Part shown: positions 11,651 to 23,344 of the stretch, piece after piece
Layout of the letters: each line of letters opens with the position of its first letter
Position numbering within the stretch: the first letter of the stretch is position 1
NCBI RefSeq assembly: GCF_006345805.1
Contig: NC_042999.1
Coordinates: 74,958,001 to 75,022,000, forward strand
Source: Octopus sinensis
Taxonomy: Eukaryota
DNA length: 64,000 nucleotides
Direction of reading: 5' to 3'
Program-made: the position numbers and the translations under genes
Notes under the pieces: model-generated
What the model saw: only the letters and a program-made list of their open reading frames with translations
Database searches by the model: none
What the model was told of the DNA's origin: nothing

Positions 11651-14404
11651 TTTAAGTAGAAGGTCATGTTCATAGACAAAAATGACCACATTAAAGAATG
11701 TGTTTCCATACATTTATATTAAACATTTTGTGTATTATACATGTATAAGGCATATTCATATTATAATGAAGTATATTGCTGCAAGGATGTAATACTTTAA
11801 GATTTACAATCTGTAAGATAAAAAACTGTTCAAGTTAAATCTGGTAGGTTACATGTATCCATTGCTATTAAATGAAATAAAAGACAATAAACCCCTTAAG
11901 TTGAAAGAATGCTGGGTGCATGTATGTTGACATTAAAACACAAGGCTAATGTACTTTAGTCAAACTTGCATTTTCAATATATGTTATGTACTGACTAGAA
12001 GAAAGAGATGAGAGCAAATCTTCTGGAACAAAATGATGAGGTTGGTTCTGGTGTGGGGTTCAAATTTCCTGATTTTATAACCCAGCACAAGGCTTTCAAC
12101 AACCTTCAAATCACAATGTGGCAGGCAGATTACATCACTTTTCCTTAATGTTTGCTGCCATTGACAATACATAGAAGCAGATGCTGATTGACCAGAAATG
12201 TTTACATTGGCATTTGGTTCTTTCAAAGAGTCAGTCATGCCGTTTATACTGATATAAGGTTGTGGCTCTTAACTGGAAATCCAAGTGAAGTTGTTTAAGT
12301 GGAGGTAGGGTCTTGTTACAAGCATATCCACATATGAAATGAATTGGTCTTGATGTTGAATTTTGTATTTCCTCTAGATAATGTTCCTTATTTTTGACTT
12401 TTCAGAAGCTGCTTGGGATCACTAATTTAGTTTTTTTCCCTCTCATATTGATTGGACTAATCACTTGACCAAAACTCTGGAGAGGACCTTCTGGTAAAGA
12501 CAGAAGTGATATAACTTTACTGATATAGCAAAGAAATTTGCTTCCCTTGCTTTTGTAGAAGTTGATGAAAATAGCACTCTTTGTTTGATCTGAAGATGAA
12601 GCAATCTTGTGCAGATGTAACCACCCACCTTCAATATCTTTAGTGAAATGTTATTCATTTCAGGCACAAACATACACACATAAATATAACATTTTATAGA
12701 TCTCAGCATCAGAAACTAGCAAACTAGCTGCCTTTTTTACAGGAGGAATGGCAATATCTAAAACATTCCATAGTGTCAGAGATTGGTAGAGAAAAGAACA
12801 GAGAAATCACATTCCATAGGTTGTAACAGTAGGAAGTTGTGTACCTAGATTTCTAATTATCTCAGCTAAGATTGGAGACTTATTTCAAATACTTCCAATG
12901 GACTCCCAAATACAAACGATGGTGTTAAACCAAACAATAAATAAACTCTACCACACAAGAATAAATACTCTTATTTAACCAATTCCACTCACAAGGTTGG
13001 ATCAACGTAAAAGTTTATTGTACACTGTTCAGATTGCTGAGCAGTAAGATTGAACCTGGAGTAACTAGGATGAAACACAAAATACTTAAGCACATAACTA
13101 TGTCTGAGCTCACAATTGTTAGATAACATACCACATACTCGGATATGCATCTGAATACAGCATGTACAGTCACACAGACAAAAGACATAGAAATATCCAG
13201 AGCATCATACACACTTATGTATACATACAGGGATTCATACACATACACAAATATTTGAGCCCCACACCCAATGATGATAATGATATACAAGAATATACTT
13301 ATACACACACAACAAAAACATCATTCATTTATCCAATTCCAAATATTCACACAGATCCTGTTATTCATTCACACAAAACAATACAAACATACCTATACAG
13401 TCATACAAATCAAAAGCTACAAAAGCATGAGGAAATACAAAACTCTTTTTGAAATAAAGCTTTCTTATTGGCTGTGTTAAACATAATTTAGTCAGTGTTA
13501 CATGTAAGAAGTAACTAGTCATTTGAAGATCATCAACAAGGTATGACATACTAAATTTTTACTTATCAAAACTAATGATATATTCTTGTAATTTCTTATT
13601 TTATGGTTTACTAGCAATGCATCCCAGTGTTACCTGGGTGTTATGGCCTACAGCCACATTGTATTATTTATTCTTTTCTTATGGGCAGAATCAGTACACG
13701 AGGACTCTGATGCAAACAACTCATCTTTATAAACATGTTTCTCGGTCATTTTCTGATGAACAATGCTGCAGTTTCTGTCTACCAAATTCACTCACAATAG
13801 TTCTATGGTTGGCATAGAACTATAGTAGGAAACACTTGCCCAAGGTACCAGGCAGAGTGAACGAACATGGAACCATGTGGTTTGAAAGAAAACTTCTCAA
13901 CCACTAAGTCATTCTTGCACCTATTATGTGTGTGTGTTTACATTTATTGTTAAATCGAATATTGTGTCTCACTATGCCTCAAAGTTAGCAATTTATCAAG
14001 CAGAGATCTATAAAATATATGCCAGATTGAAATACGTATTGATGTCAGTAAGATCAATTAAATTTATGAAGGTAATACCCCATCAAGGCAACAGTTGAAA
14101 GACTAAACCCTGTAAAATAATGTTTAAAGACTTAATGGCTTCAAATTTAAGGTAATGGATTACTAACCACAAGATAATGAGTTCAAAACTTCATATGAAA
14201 CTTCCACTCTATATATACATCTCTATATGTACATCTCAGTTTACTTGACTTCCAACAATTAACAAATATAATTTGAAGTTGAAAGGTTAGTAGTTAGAAA
14301 GCTGTCTATATTTAAAATTATTATGTAAAATATTCTGAGAAAAAGTATTTTCTCACCACAGCTAAACACACACACACACACACAGAGACTCTGTTTCATT
14401 ATAT

Positions 14405-14830
14405 ACTAGAAATGCATCCTGGCGTTGCCCGTGTGTTATGACCTATAAGCACATGGTATTATTTGTTCCTTTCTTATGGGTAGTCAGCACAGCAGATATA
14501 TAGTGAACTGGATTACTGGCATAATGGAAGTTATTGTTTGTTTAAAAAGTGAACTGGGGAGGGTACAATTTGCATGGGTTTGCATGAAAGTGCTTTCTGT
14601 TCTTAAGACTGGTCACAAACTATGTATTGTTTCATCATATAAAAGGGAGTTAATACGATTTTGCCCAGAAATCATGTTTTCAAAATTTGAATTTTCCCTC
14701 GACCCCAATTTGTAACTTTTTGTGATTTTTTTTTTATCCACATAGAAAAATATAGAAATCTATCTTTCTATTTCTGCCTGTGTTTGAATTACTATGTGTG
14801 TATATGTATATTTACTCGCATATATATATC
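14405..14830 (+). mobile_element. Possible non-autonomous Helitron-like element; related 5' end at 13612-13690
   Basis: Starts actagaaatgcatcctggcgttgcccg (CTAG plus GC-rich subterminal motif); a similar ~80-bp start recurs at 13612. Classification is tentative. Confidence 0.3.
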
Positions 14831-14865
14831 TTATAACAATAATAATAATAATAATAATAATTATA

Positions 14866-15540
14866 ATTTGGATTTGCCCCATGAAAAAAACTGGTGGGAA
14901 CACAATCCACCTCCAGTGCTTGAAATGACCACATCTCACTCCACTGGAACTTCACCATTCAAACTGACAGGAAGATAGATGCAAATAGGCCAGACATCAT
15001 ATTGAAAGACTTCAGACAAAGAACATGCCTCCTCATTGATATGACTGTCCCAATCGATATAAACGTATCTGTCAAGACCTACCAAAAACTGAGCAAATAT
15101 AAAGATCTTGAAATAGAAATCAGCAAAATGTGGAAGCTGAAGACTAAAACAATACCTGTTATCATAGGTGCCCTGGGAATGATAGCGAAAGGGACTGATT
15201 GTTACCTAACTCAGATACCAGGAAACCCCAAAATGGCAGAAATTCAAAAGATAGTGCTCATGGGAACTGCTCATATCCTACGCAAAATACTCTCTATGTA
15301 ATCCCAAGGTTTAAAACAAACTTTTTTATTTTTATTTTTTATTTATTTTTAAAAAAATTTATTTTTATGTATTAGACATTCACTAGTACAACACCAAAAA
15401 AATACCAAAAAAAAAAAACCCCAAATATATGGCACAGAACTTCCAACCTGTTGTCTCTTGAGGTCTCTGGGTGAGACTTGGAGCCAACTTGTACAGACAT
15501 AAAGCAAAAGTCAAACATAGAATAATAATGATAATAATAA
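14866..15540 (+). mobile_element. R4/Dong-clade element family B, 5'-truncated
   Basis: ORF 15002-15301 nearly identical to the 3729-4030 copy; same 3' UTR; (AAT)n on both sides. Confidence 0.9.
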
Positions 15541-15549
15541 TGCAGTATT

Positions 15550-16116
15550 GCCCTGATGCAGTACCAGACAGTGGCTCTCATGGCTTCTGATCTTAACTGA
15601 TTGGAAATGTTATCATGTACATTATTTTGTTTTGATATAAAAGATGGGCTACAGCAAATATTCTGCTCAATACCACAGATTTACTAGTCAGTTGTTTGAC
15701 CGTAACCAGTTGACCATGTCCCTTTGTGGCTGACAATATGTGCATCTCTGATCATGAACAGAAGTAGTGGGGGGCATCATAGCCATGTGTTGAAAGGAAT
15801 TCTTGGAGGTTTGGCTAATTCACCTTTGGAAACATGGGTAGTTCATTCAACATCCTTAAACTATCCTTATTCAGGGACCTTTTGTGCAGGATGGGCTACT
15901 CGACCAGAAAAAAATCTTAACTGGGCCCCACCTGCAAGGTCATGCACTGTTTATCATGATATGAGATCACCATGTCGCGTACATATGGTTGTGATGCATG
16001 TGCCTGGTGTACCCTTATCAGACGGGTAGTCATGAAGAGTATACTGGGCTTCATATATTTTACCCCAGTGTCACTTTGATGGCATGCACTGCTCTCTCAC
16101 TGAATAATAATAATAA
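15550..16116 (+). mobile_element. Uncharacterised ~550-bp non-coding AAT-tailed interspersed element (copy 1)
   Basis: Collinear with 48713-49246 from gcc(c/t)tgatgcagtacc to ctgctctctcact(g/c)aataataa. Confidence 0.75.
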
Positions 16117-16119
16117 TTG

Positions 16120-18390
16120 AATGCTGGATCAGGAGTGTAGCCAGCAGAAGGGGGTTCTGACAACGAATGAAAGCAAAATGGAATGAGATAGGACTTTCGA
16201 AAATGCAAGAAGGGACTACACAATCAATTTTATGTAGCCACAATACACGTTGTTGGTAAATACAGGTGCGATTTGTTTATGAAAGGAAAATATTTGATAG
16301 CTGAAAAGAACGAAGAGATTGATACTGTAGGCTGCAGGTAGTAAGCCTGCTACGCATGCAAAACTCCAGGGGCTCCAACAAAACCTGTGATAAAGAGATG
16401 ATGATAATAATGATAATAATAAACAATACGGAGAACGCAATGCGATTGCAATAGATATTTTATTGGTTTGAACAATATTTCGACAGCTTGACTGTCTTTG
16501 TCGGGTACAAAATGAAAAGTGATACATAGAAATTTAAAATTGTAGAAATTCAAATTCAAAAATTCGAACGAAGGCAACCTGCATTCTCACGTTGACAGAA
16601 TGACATCATCAGTCTTCAATTTTCAAGTTTACAAAAAGAAAAAGAAAGAAAGAAAAGGAAAAAATATTTAATCAAACAGTTTTGTGTAAGCATAATGAAA
16701 TTCCCCGGTCATTTTGTTCATCCCTTCAGTGTATGAAGTTAACAACTCACAAACATATTTCTCCTCATGTGTTTTGAGTATTGAAAGTATAGCAGATTCA
16801 GAATATTTTCTGAGAATATACATTTTCAAGTCTTTTTCAAAATTGCTGCCATTTGTTGTAAAATGTTTGGCAAGTTCTGTCGAACTACTGTTGTTGTGCT
16901 CGACGTCATATCTGTGCCTATTGACTCTTTTGTTAAATTTTTCTATTGTACAACAAACATAAATCAAGTTGTGCTTGATGCATTCTGCTGTGTACACCAA
17001 ATGGGAATTTCTACACATCCCGCCTTCTGTGTAGATCATAACATTTCTGTTTTGATTCCTGATGGAAGTGACTTGATTCATTGATGCACAATGAATAGGG
17101 CTTACCTCCCTTGCAGTTGTTTTTCAAAGTACGTGCAGAAACTCTAATGTTAGTTTTCTTGGAGTCAGAAGTAGAGGTTAACAATTTTCTTATATTTTTA
17201 TTCCGTCTAAAGGTTACAATAAACGTCTGAGGAAATGTTTGCTTGAAACGAGGAAATTTTTCCACAGCATTCTAATAACTTTCATGAAACACTTTTGAAA
17301 TGCCAGTGTAATTTTGGTGCCAGTTAATCACTAGAGGTATTCTGTCACATATTGTACGTTGCTAAAATTATGTGTGAAAGTTTGATTTTCCTTAATAATC
17401 TTAGCTGTCATTTGCAATTTCCTTTAAGCATGGTTCACTGTAACAGTGCTTGACATAATGGTGTACAAAAGCACTTGCATGCTTCCAGTAATCCACTATA
17501 TCAGTACAAATCCATTTTATCCTCAAAAATTAGGATTTCTGATTTTACCGAATTATATGATGTGGATGATTGGAGGTAAATGTAGGATGATGTGGGTTTG
17601 CTAAAAAACTGTCACTATCTTGCCTCCAGAAAACTTAACTTTTGTGTTCAAAAATTCAACGCTGGTTCTTGAAAAATTAGATGTAAATTTTATGTTGGAC
17701 TTAAAGCCATAGTTTTTAGCATAACAGTCACGGAAATGCAAGAAGTCAAATAAGCTATCCTGTAAGCCTTCCCAGACTAAAAAGAAGCCATCTATGAACT
17801 GTAACCAGAGTATTGGTGCATGACCATGTAAGGATTTGAATGTCTCCAGTAACTGTGTCTCGAACTTCGTCATGAATACATTAGCAAAATTAACTACCGT
17901 GGAGGTACCCATGGTGCAGCCCCTCGAGTGGTAAAATTTTTGTTCAAACTTCATTATGTTACTTTGTAACACAAACCTCAATAGCCTACAGAGAAAATTA
18001 GATGGAATACTTTTGTTTGACCGTTTTTCGAAGGCATTCATGCTTGCTTCTACTCCTTCATCGTGGTCAATATTGGGATATAAAGAAAAAACATCCATGA
18101 TTACCAAAAAGCAGTTTTCGACATTTCTCCTGTGCTTAAAAATTGACTCTCTTGAGAGTGAAATGAAGGAAACGAAGGACAGACTTCAAAAGATCTTTTT
18201 GTATTTCATACAATTTCCCAGGGTCCTGCTATTGCATAATTATTTGATAGTTATTAAATGAAGTCACAATTTACAGATGCTTACATTTTTTTTATTTTCA
18301 TCGCTTTGAAACTGCATCCTGTTTACTGACAAAATTCCATGCTGCATCATTTTTATGTTTTCTGTGAAGTTTTTATGGGTCCAGTTAGTT
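16120..18390 (-). mobile_element. Penelope-like retroelement (RT + GIY-YIG endonuclease), 5'-truncated and decayed
   Basis: ORF 17601-18107: MDVFSLYPNI, GCTMG, LWLQFIDGFF (PLE RT). ORF 16668-17081: HLVYTAEC..IYV..T..FNKRVNRH..EEKY..L..GMN (GIY-YIG). Confidence 0.85.
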
Positions 18391-18508
18391 ATTATTATTA
18401 TTACTAAAGCTATGAGCTGGCGGAATGGTTAGTGGGTCAAACAAAATGCTTAGGTGCATTTCATCCCTACGTTCTGACTTCGAAATCTACCAAGCTCAAC
18501 TTTACTGT

Positions 18509-18920
18509 TGTAACAGGATCTGTGTCAATTCACTGAAAGGGTGTCGATCCGATCCAGCCACATACAATTTAGTAAGACATAACAGACGAAGTCCGGTTAT
18601 AGGTGAGACAGCAGTTTGTTTATTAATTGCGATGGCGTACGTGTATCTGATGGGAGAACGACAGCCTCTGATGTACAGCTTCTTCTTGTTCGTTTGTTGA
18701 AGTTGTTCGATGTCGTTCGCGGCTAAGTCGGTGAGGTTATCAGAGTCCTCGAAATGCACGTCTGTTCGCGTTGGCCGTCAGCCCAGAGAGAATGATTTGA
18801 GTTTAGCGGGCCTAAGGGATCGTTTCCCGCACATGCGCATGGGGAAGACTTCCGGTGGCCACCCGGAAGTAGTCCCATTCTGCGCATGCGCGCTGAACCC
18901 TACACAGTAGCATCACTACA
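18509..18920 (-). repeat. 3' LTR (412 bp)
   Basis: 7 substitutions versus 23345-23756 by manual comparison (~98%); AATAAA on the minus strand at 18619-18624. Confidence 0.95.
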
Positions 18921-18932
18921 AGGCTCCCCCTC
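18921..18932 (-). promoter_or_regulatory. Polypurine tract
   Basis: Minus strand GAGGGGGAGCCT abuts the 3' LTR. Confidence 0.8.
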
Positions 18933-19054
18933 GAGTGCGAAAGTACGACAACAAGAAAATTTGTGGTGGTGCTGCAGAAAAACAGATGGCTTGCCGATCC
19001 CCCAGATGACTTGGTACATAATATCATACAAAACAAGAAAAATTTGAAAGAAAG

Positions 19055-22000
19055 TTAAATATAGATTGTCTTTGAAAGTTTCTTGGGCCAATGCACTGTT
19101 CTGCCCGATCGTGTAACATACGGTGTGCTCGGGGCACCCGTTGACGGCGAGGGTGGTGTTGTAGGAGCCGGTGAAGGCAAAGGCGTCTGTGCAGGTGAAG
19201 GTGTTTGTGCAGGTGAAGGTGTTGTTAAAGGTGCATAGGTGGGTGTGTCAAGGTTGTCATCAAAAGATGAAGACGTCTCAAAATACGCTTTTTTTAATCG
19301 GTCCACGGAAACGGTCTCCGAACGACCATTTATCTCAATAGGGAACACCTTTGGTGTGCGAGAAAGCACACAGAAAGGTCCTTTATAGGGAGAAACAAGT
19401 GGGCCCTTGACAGAGTCGTCCCGAACAAAAACATGCGACCAAGTGTCCATATCCGGTGGAATGGTGGAGATTGCTTCTTGGGAACCATGGGTGGAAGGTT
19501 CGAAAAATATGCACGCAGTCTGGTGACATAGGTCGCCGGATCATGGGGCTGGGAAGTGTCTGGCACCAACATCGTACCAGGCAATGCCAGTGTGGTACCA
19601 TACAGCAGCTCTGCAGCAGAAAACCCCAGGTCTGCCTTGACAGCAGTCCGACAGCCGAGAAGCACAATGGGCAGAAATTCAATCCAGGACTGTGGGTCTG
19701 AAGAGGCACGAAGAGCGGCCTTGAGCTGTTTATGGAACCGCTCAACTAATCTATTAGACGCTGGATGGTAGCTTGTAGTGTGGATATGGTGTACACCTAA
19801 AATTCGCGACAATTCGCGAAATAGCGAGGCTTCAAACTGACGTCCACGATCAGTTGTCAATCGGGACGGGACTCCGAAACGAGAAATCCAGTTTGAAACG
19901 AAAGCTCGCGCAACAGTCTCAGCAGAAATGTCTGCTATCGGAATGGCTTCTGGCCAGCGGGAAAAGCGATCGACACAAGTTAACAGATAAGAGAACCCGC
20001 GACTCACAGGCCATGGTCCAACCAGATCGATGTGGACATGGCAGAAACGGGCCTCCGTGGGGGGAAATTGTCCAAGCGGGGCACGAACGTGCCGTTGAAT
20101 TTTTGACCGTTGACACTTGGAGCAGGTGCGTGTCCAAGAAGTAATAGTGCGACGCATATTCGGTCAGAAAAACCGAGCAGTGATTAGTTTAAGGGTGGCA
20201 GCGATTCCAGGATGTGATAAGGAGTGCAGTGCTTCAAACACTGAGCGTTGATGGTTCTCAGGCACGAGTGGCCTGGGAGAACCAGTGGAAGTATCACAAA
20301 GAATGGTGCCTTCGGCTGACGGAAGCGGAAGGTAGGAAAACTGGCAACAGGAGAACTTGGGAGAAGTTAGGTCTAACGACGCCAAAGGTGGCTACTCCTG
20401 CGAGATGGCAGCTAAGTCGATAGCAGCAGGAGACGAAAGGGCGCAAACTGGAAGGCGAGAGAGAGCGTCAGCAGGAACGTTCTCTTTTCCAGGTATGTGT
20501 CGAATGTTACTAGTGAATTGAGAGATAAAATCCAGGTGCTGGAAAACACGAGGTGAGTGTTTGCCCGTTTTTGAACACAGGGCAAACGTAAGGGGCTTGT
20601 GATCCGTATAGATCACAAAATCTCGCCCTTCAAGCTGATGGTGGAAATGACGAACCGATAGATAGATCGCTAGGAGCTCACGATCAAAGGTACTGTATCG
20701 TCGTTCAGCTGGTTGCAGTTGACGGGAAAAGAAAGCCAGAGGTCGAATATGATCATCCACTGTGTGTTGTAACACAGCGCCAATCGCAGTGTCCGATGCG
20801 TCTACAGTCAAAGAGAGAGAAGCACCAGGAACTGGATGTGCAAGCAAAGAAACAGAAGCCAGCTCCTTCTTAATGGACTCAAAGGCTGTCACTGCCTCAA
20901 CAGAGAGGGTGACTTGACTGTCCTTTCTAGGAGTATTCTTTAATAGCCTGGTGAGAGGTAATAGCTTATCTGCACAACCGGGAATAAAACGTCTGTAGAA
21001 ATTGATCATCCCTAGATAATGCCTGAGCTGGCGCAAGGAAGTGGGGGGTGCGATGCGTTGAATGGCATCGACTTTTGACGAGAGAGGGCTGATTCCACTC
21101 GAATCAATATGATGGCCCAGAAAATCTAGGGAAGAGCGTCCGAAAACACACTTGTCGGGATTTATACGTATACTATAAGCGCGAAGACGCTGAAAAAGCT
21201 GAGAAAGGTGCTGGAGATGATTTTCACGTGTGTCGCTCGCAATGAGTATATCATCGACATAGGCAAACACAAAATCAAGACCGTGGACAACCTCATCAAT
21301 GAAACGCTGGAAAGTGCTAGTAGCATTCCGCAAACCGAAACTCATATACAGAAACTCAAAACACCCAAAGGGGGTAGTGATCGCCGTTTTCGGAACGTCG
21401 GCTGGGTTGACCGGTATTTGGTGGTACGTGCATATAAGGTCGACCTTCGAAAAAATGGTACAACCATGGAGATTTCTAATCGGATATCTGTCGGCTATTG
21501 TTACGGCATTGAGGCGTCGATAGTCTCCAACCGGGCGAAAATCAGACTCGCCCTTTCGCACCAAATGAAGGGAAGATGCCCATGGGCTGGTGGAGGGGCG
21601 TATAAGGCCAAGTTGAAGCATGTGCTCAAACTCGGCCCTAGCCGTTTTTAGTCGGTCAGGTGCAAGGCGCCGTGGGCGCGAAAATACAGGCGGCCCAGTG
21701 GTGGTGATAAAATGGAGGGTCGAGTGGGTAGGCTTTTCCGGTTTAAAGGCAATGTCCACTAGCTCCGGAAATGAAACCAAAAGAGAGTGAAAAGGGTCTC
21801 CAGAGGTGGAAACAAAGAATGTCGGGCTAAGGACCGCATTGGTGGAACTCCCAGTCGGTGTAGAGAGCGACGTCGTGCTATCAAGAAGCCTCCGACGCCT
21901 GACATCCACCAATAGATTAAACCTATCCAGGAAATCAGCGCCGAGAATAGGATGCGGAATGTCAGCGATGACGAAAACCCATTGAAAATCTCGACGAAGG

Positions 22001-22245
22001 TTGATGTCGAGGCGCAGCGAAATCTGACCGTAAGTGGTTATGGGAGACGAGTCAATAGCATGCAAGACAATTGAAGAGCGCTTGGGCTTGTCTGCAGCCA
22101 GACGAAGGGGTCAGATGCTGCAACAAGAGCCGGTGTCCACCATGAAAAATTTCTTCGACACCAGATCTTTTACAAAGAATGCACGATTTTTGGGAAACGA
22201 AATGGAAGAAGGTGACGTGCTCACCTCCTCCGGATTTAGTTTTCC
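19055..22245 (-). pseudogene. pol: Gypsy pol: protease, RT, RNase H, integrase with GPY/F module; disrupted
   Basis: VDTGS, YRRLN, FGLRNA..TFQR, YVDDIL, TVDASD, YTDH, ADALSR, H..SHPG, DLVGP, TDRG, ERFH, YKGPF. In-frame stops at 22111-13 (TGA), 20392-94 (TAG) and 20164-66 (TGA); frameshift near 19460; short in-frame deletion in RT (RYPIRNLHG). Confidence 0.93.
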
Positions 22246-22970
22246 GAGGGCTTGAAAGTGCACGGCTGGGTACACCGATCTGTCTTTTCGGCATACTTTG
22301 AATGGTACCAGCACCAGCCGGAACGAGAAACAGAGTCACTCCGACTACGGGAAATAGAGCTACTGCGACTACGACTGCGAGGTTGGCGCCCGATCGCACG
22401 GCACAGATCATCGATTCTCTGCGTAAGCGCATCGATCTTCTCGGCTAGTTTATCGTTCGTCGGAGGTGGCTCTGTACATGCGTACAGGGCCCGCGAGGGA
22501 GATGGTCGCGAAAACTCTAACACTTTGTCGGCCATCGTGGCGATCTGGTCCACAGACACAGACTCCGGTGCCGTGGCCAACACCGTCTGCACGTGGGCAG
22601 GCAGCCTGGAAAAAAATATTTTTCGTAAGAGCGGCGCGTCCGCTGCGTTGCCGCTGAGCTCCCTTAGATGGCGCAGGAACTGGGATGGAGTTCTGTCCCC
22701 CAACTGCTCGTCGGCCATCAGTTCATTGAACTGACTTTCCTCCGACCGCGTGTTGCGGCGGAGGATTTCTGCCTTTACTGAAGCATATGTGGCGTCAGGG
22801 TGGGGACTCATAATGAGATCCCTGACCGATGTGGCGAGCCGGGAGGGCAAACTTGAATACAGCAGATGTAACTGCTGTTGTGGAGGAATGGTATGCGCGG
22901 CAAAATGGGATTCCACCTGGGCAAGCCACAGCCCCGCATCCCCCGTGAATGAAGGCAAACCTGAAGCCAT
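22236..22970 (-). CDS. gag: Gypsy gag with CHCC (Cx2Hx9Cx3C) zinc knuckle
   Basis: MASGLPSFTGDAGLWLAQVE..LGDRTPSQFLRHLR..CWYHSKYAEKTDRCTQPC; uninterrupted frame. Confidence 0.92.
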   Translation of the reverse strand: MASGLPSFTGDAGLWLAQVESHFAAHTIPPQQQLHLLYSSLPSRLATSVRDLIMSPHPDATYASVKAEILRRNTRSEESQFNELMADEQLGDRTPSQFLRHLRELSGNAADAPLLRKIFFSRLPAHVQTVLATAPESVSVDQIATMADKVLEFSRPSPSRALYACTEPPPTNDKLAEKIDALTQRIDDLCRAIGRQPRSRSRSSSISRSRSDSVSRSGWCWYHSKYAEKTDRCTQPCTFKPSEN

Positions 22971-23332
22971 GCTTTTGTCGGAAGGATCGTCTGTCAGAAA
23001 GGGGCAGAAGGTATGATCGAGAAATGGAGAGAGAACACGTGGAACCGACAAAGCAAATCAAAATGGTGTTTTGTGTACTGGTGTGTGTACCTCGTGGGTA
23101 GTAAAAAATAAGTGTGTGTGTGCACAAAGGAAAACAAGGTACAGAAAAGAAAAAAAAAATGTGTGTGTGTTTTCTTTTTTTTTTTTATAGTGTACTGAGT
23201 GCGATGGATAAGCTTTTTGTTTGTACCCACCACGCCGTTCTGAAAGGAAAAGAAAAAATGAAAAATGAATGTTCAGTGCTCTATCTGGCAAAACCTGTTC
23301 GCTGCGTCTTCTGTTCTTTTTTTTTTCAACTT

Positions 23333-23342
23333 GGGGTCACCA
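23333..23342 (-). promoter_or_regulatory. Primer-binding site complementary to the tRNA-Trp 3' end
   Basis: Minus strand TGGTGACCCC, 2 nt after the 5' LTR; eukaryotic tRNA-Trp ends GGGGUCACCA. Confidence 0.85.
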
Positions 23343-23344
23343 AT

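Noticed and set aside
18502-18759. ORFs inside both LTRs (also 23326-23607) as accessory genes
   Set aside because: Short, no recognisable motif, starts differ between the two LTRs, and they end in flanking or PBS sequence.
20164-22113. Rescue of pol stops by cephalopod A-to-I editing (UGA/UAG to Trp)
   Set aside because: Any UGA or UAG is formally editable. An integrase frameshift and an RT deletion would remain, so ordinary decay explains it.
19456-23016. Plus-strand ORFs overlapping gag/pol (e.g. 21208-21651, 22252-22734)
   Set aside because: Antisense shadows of GC-richer coding sequence; no independent motifs.
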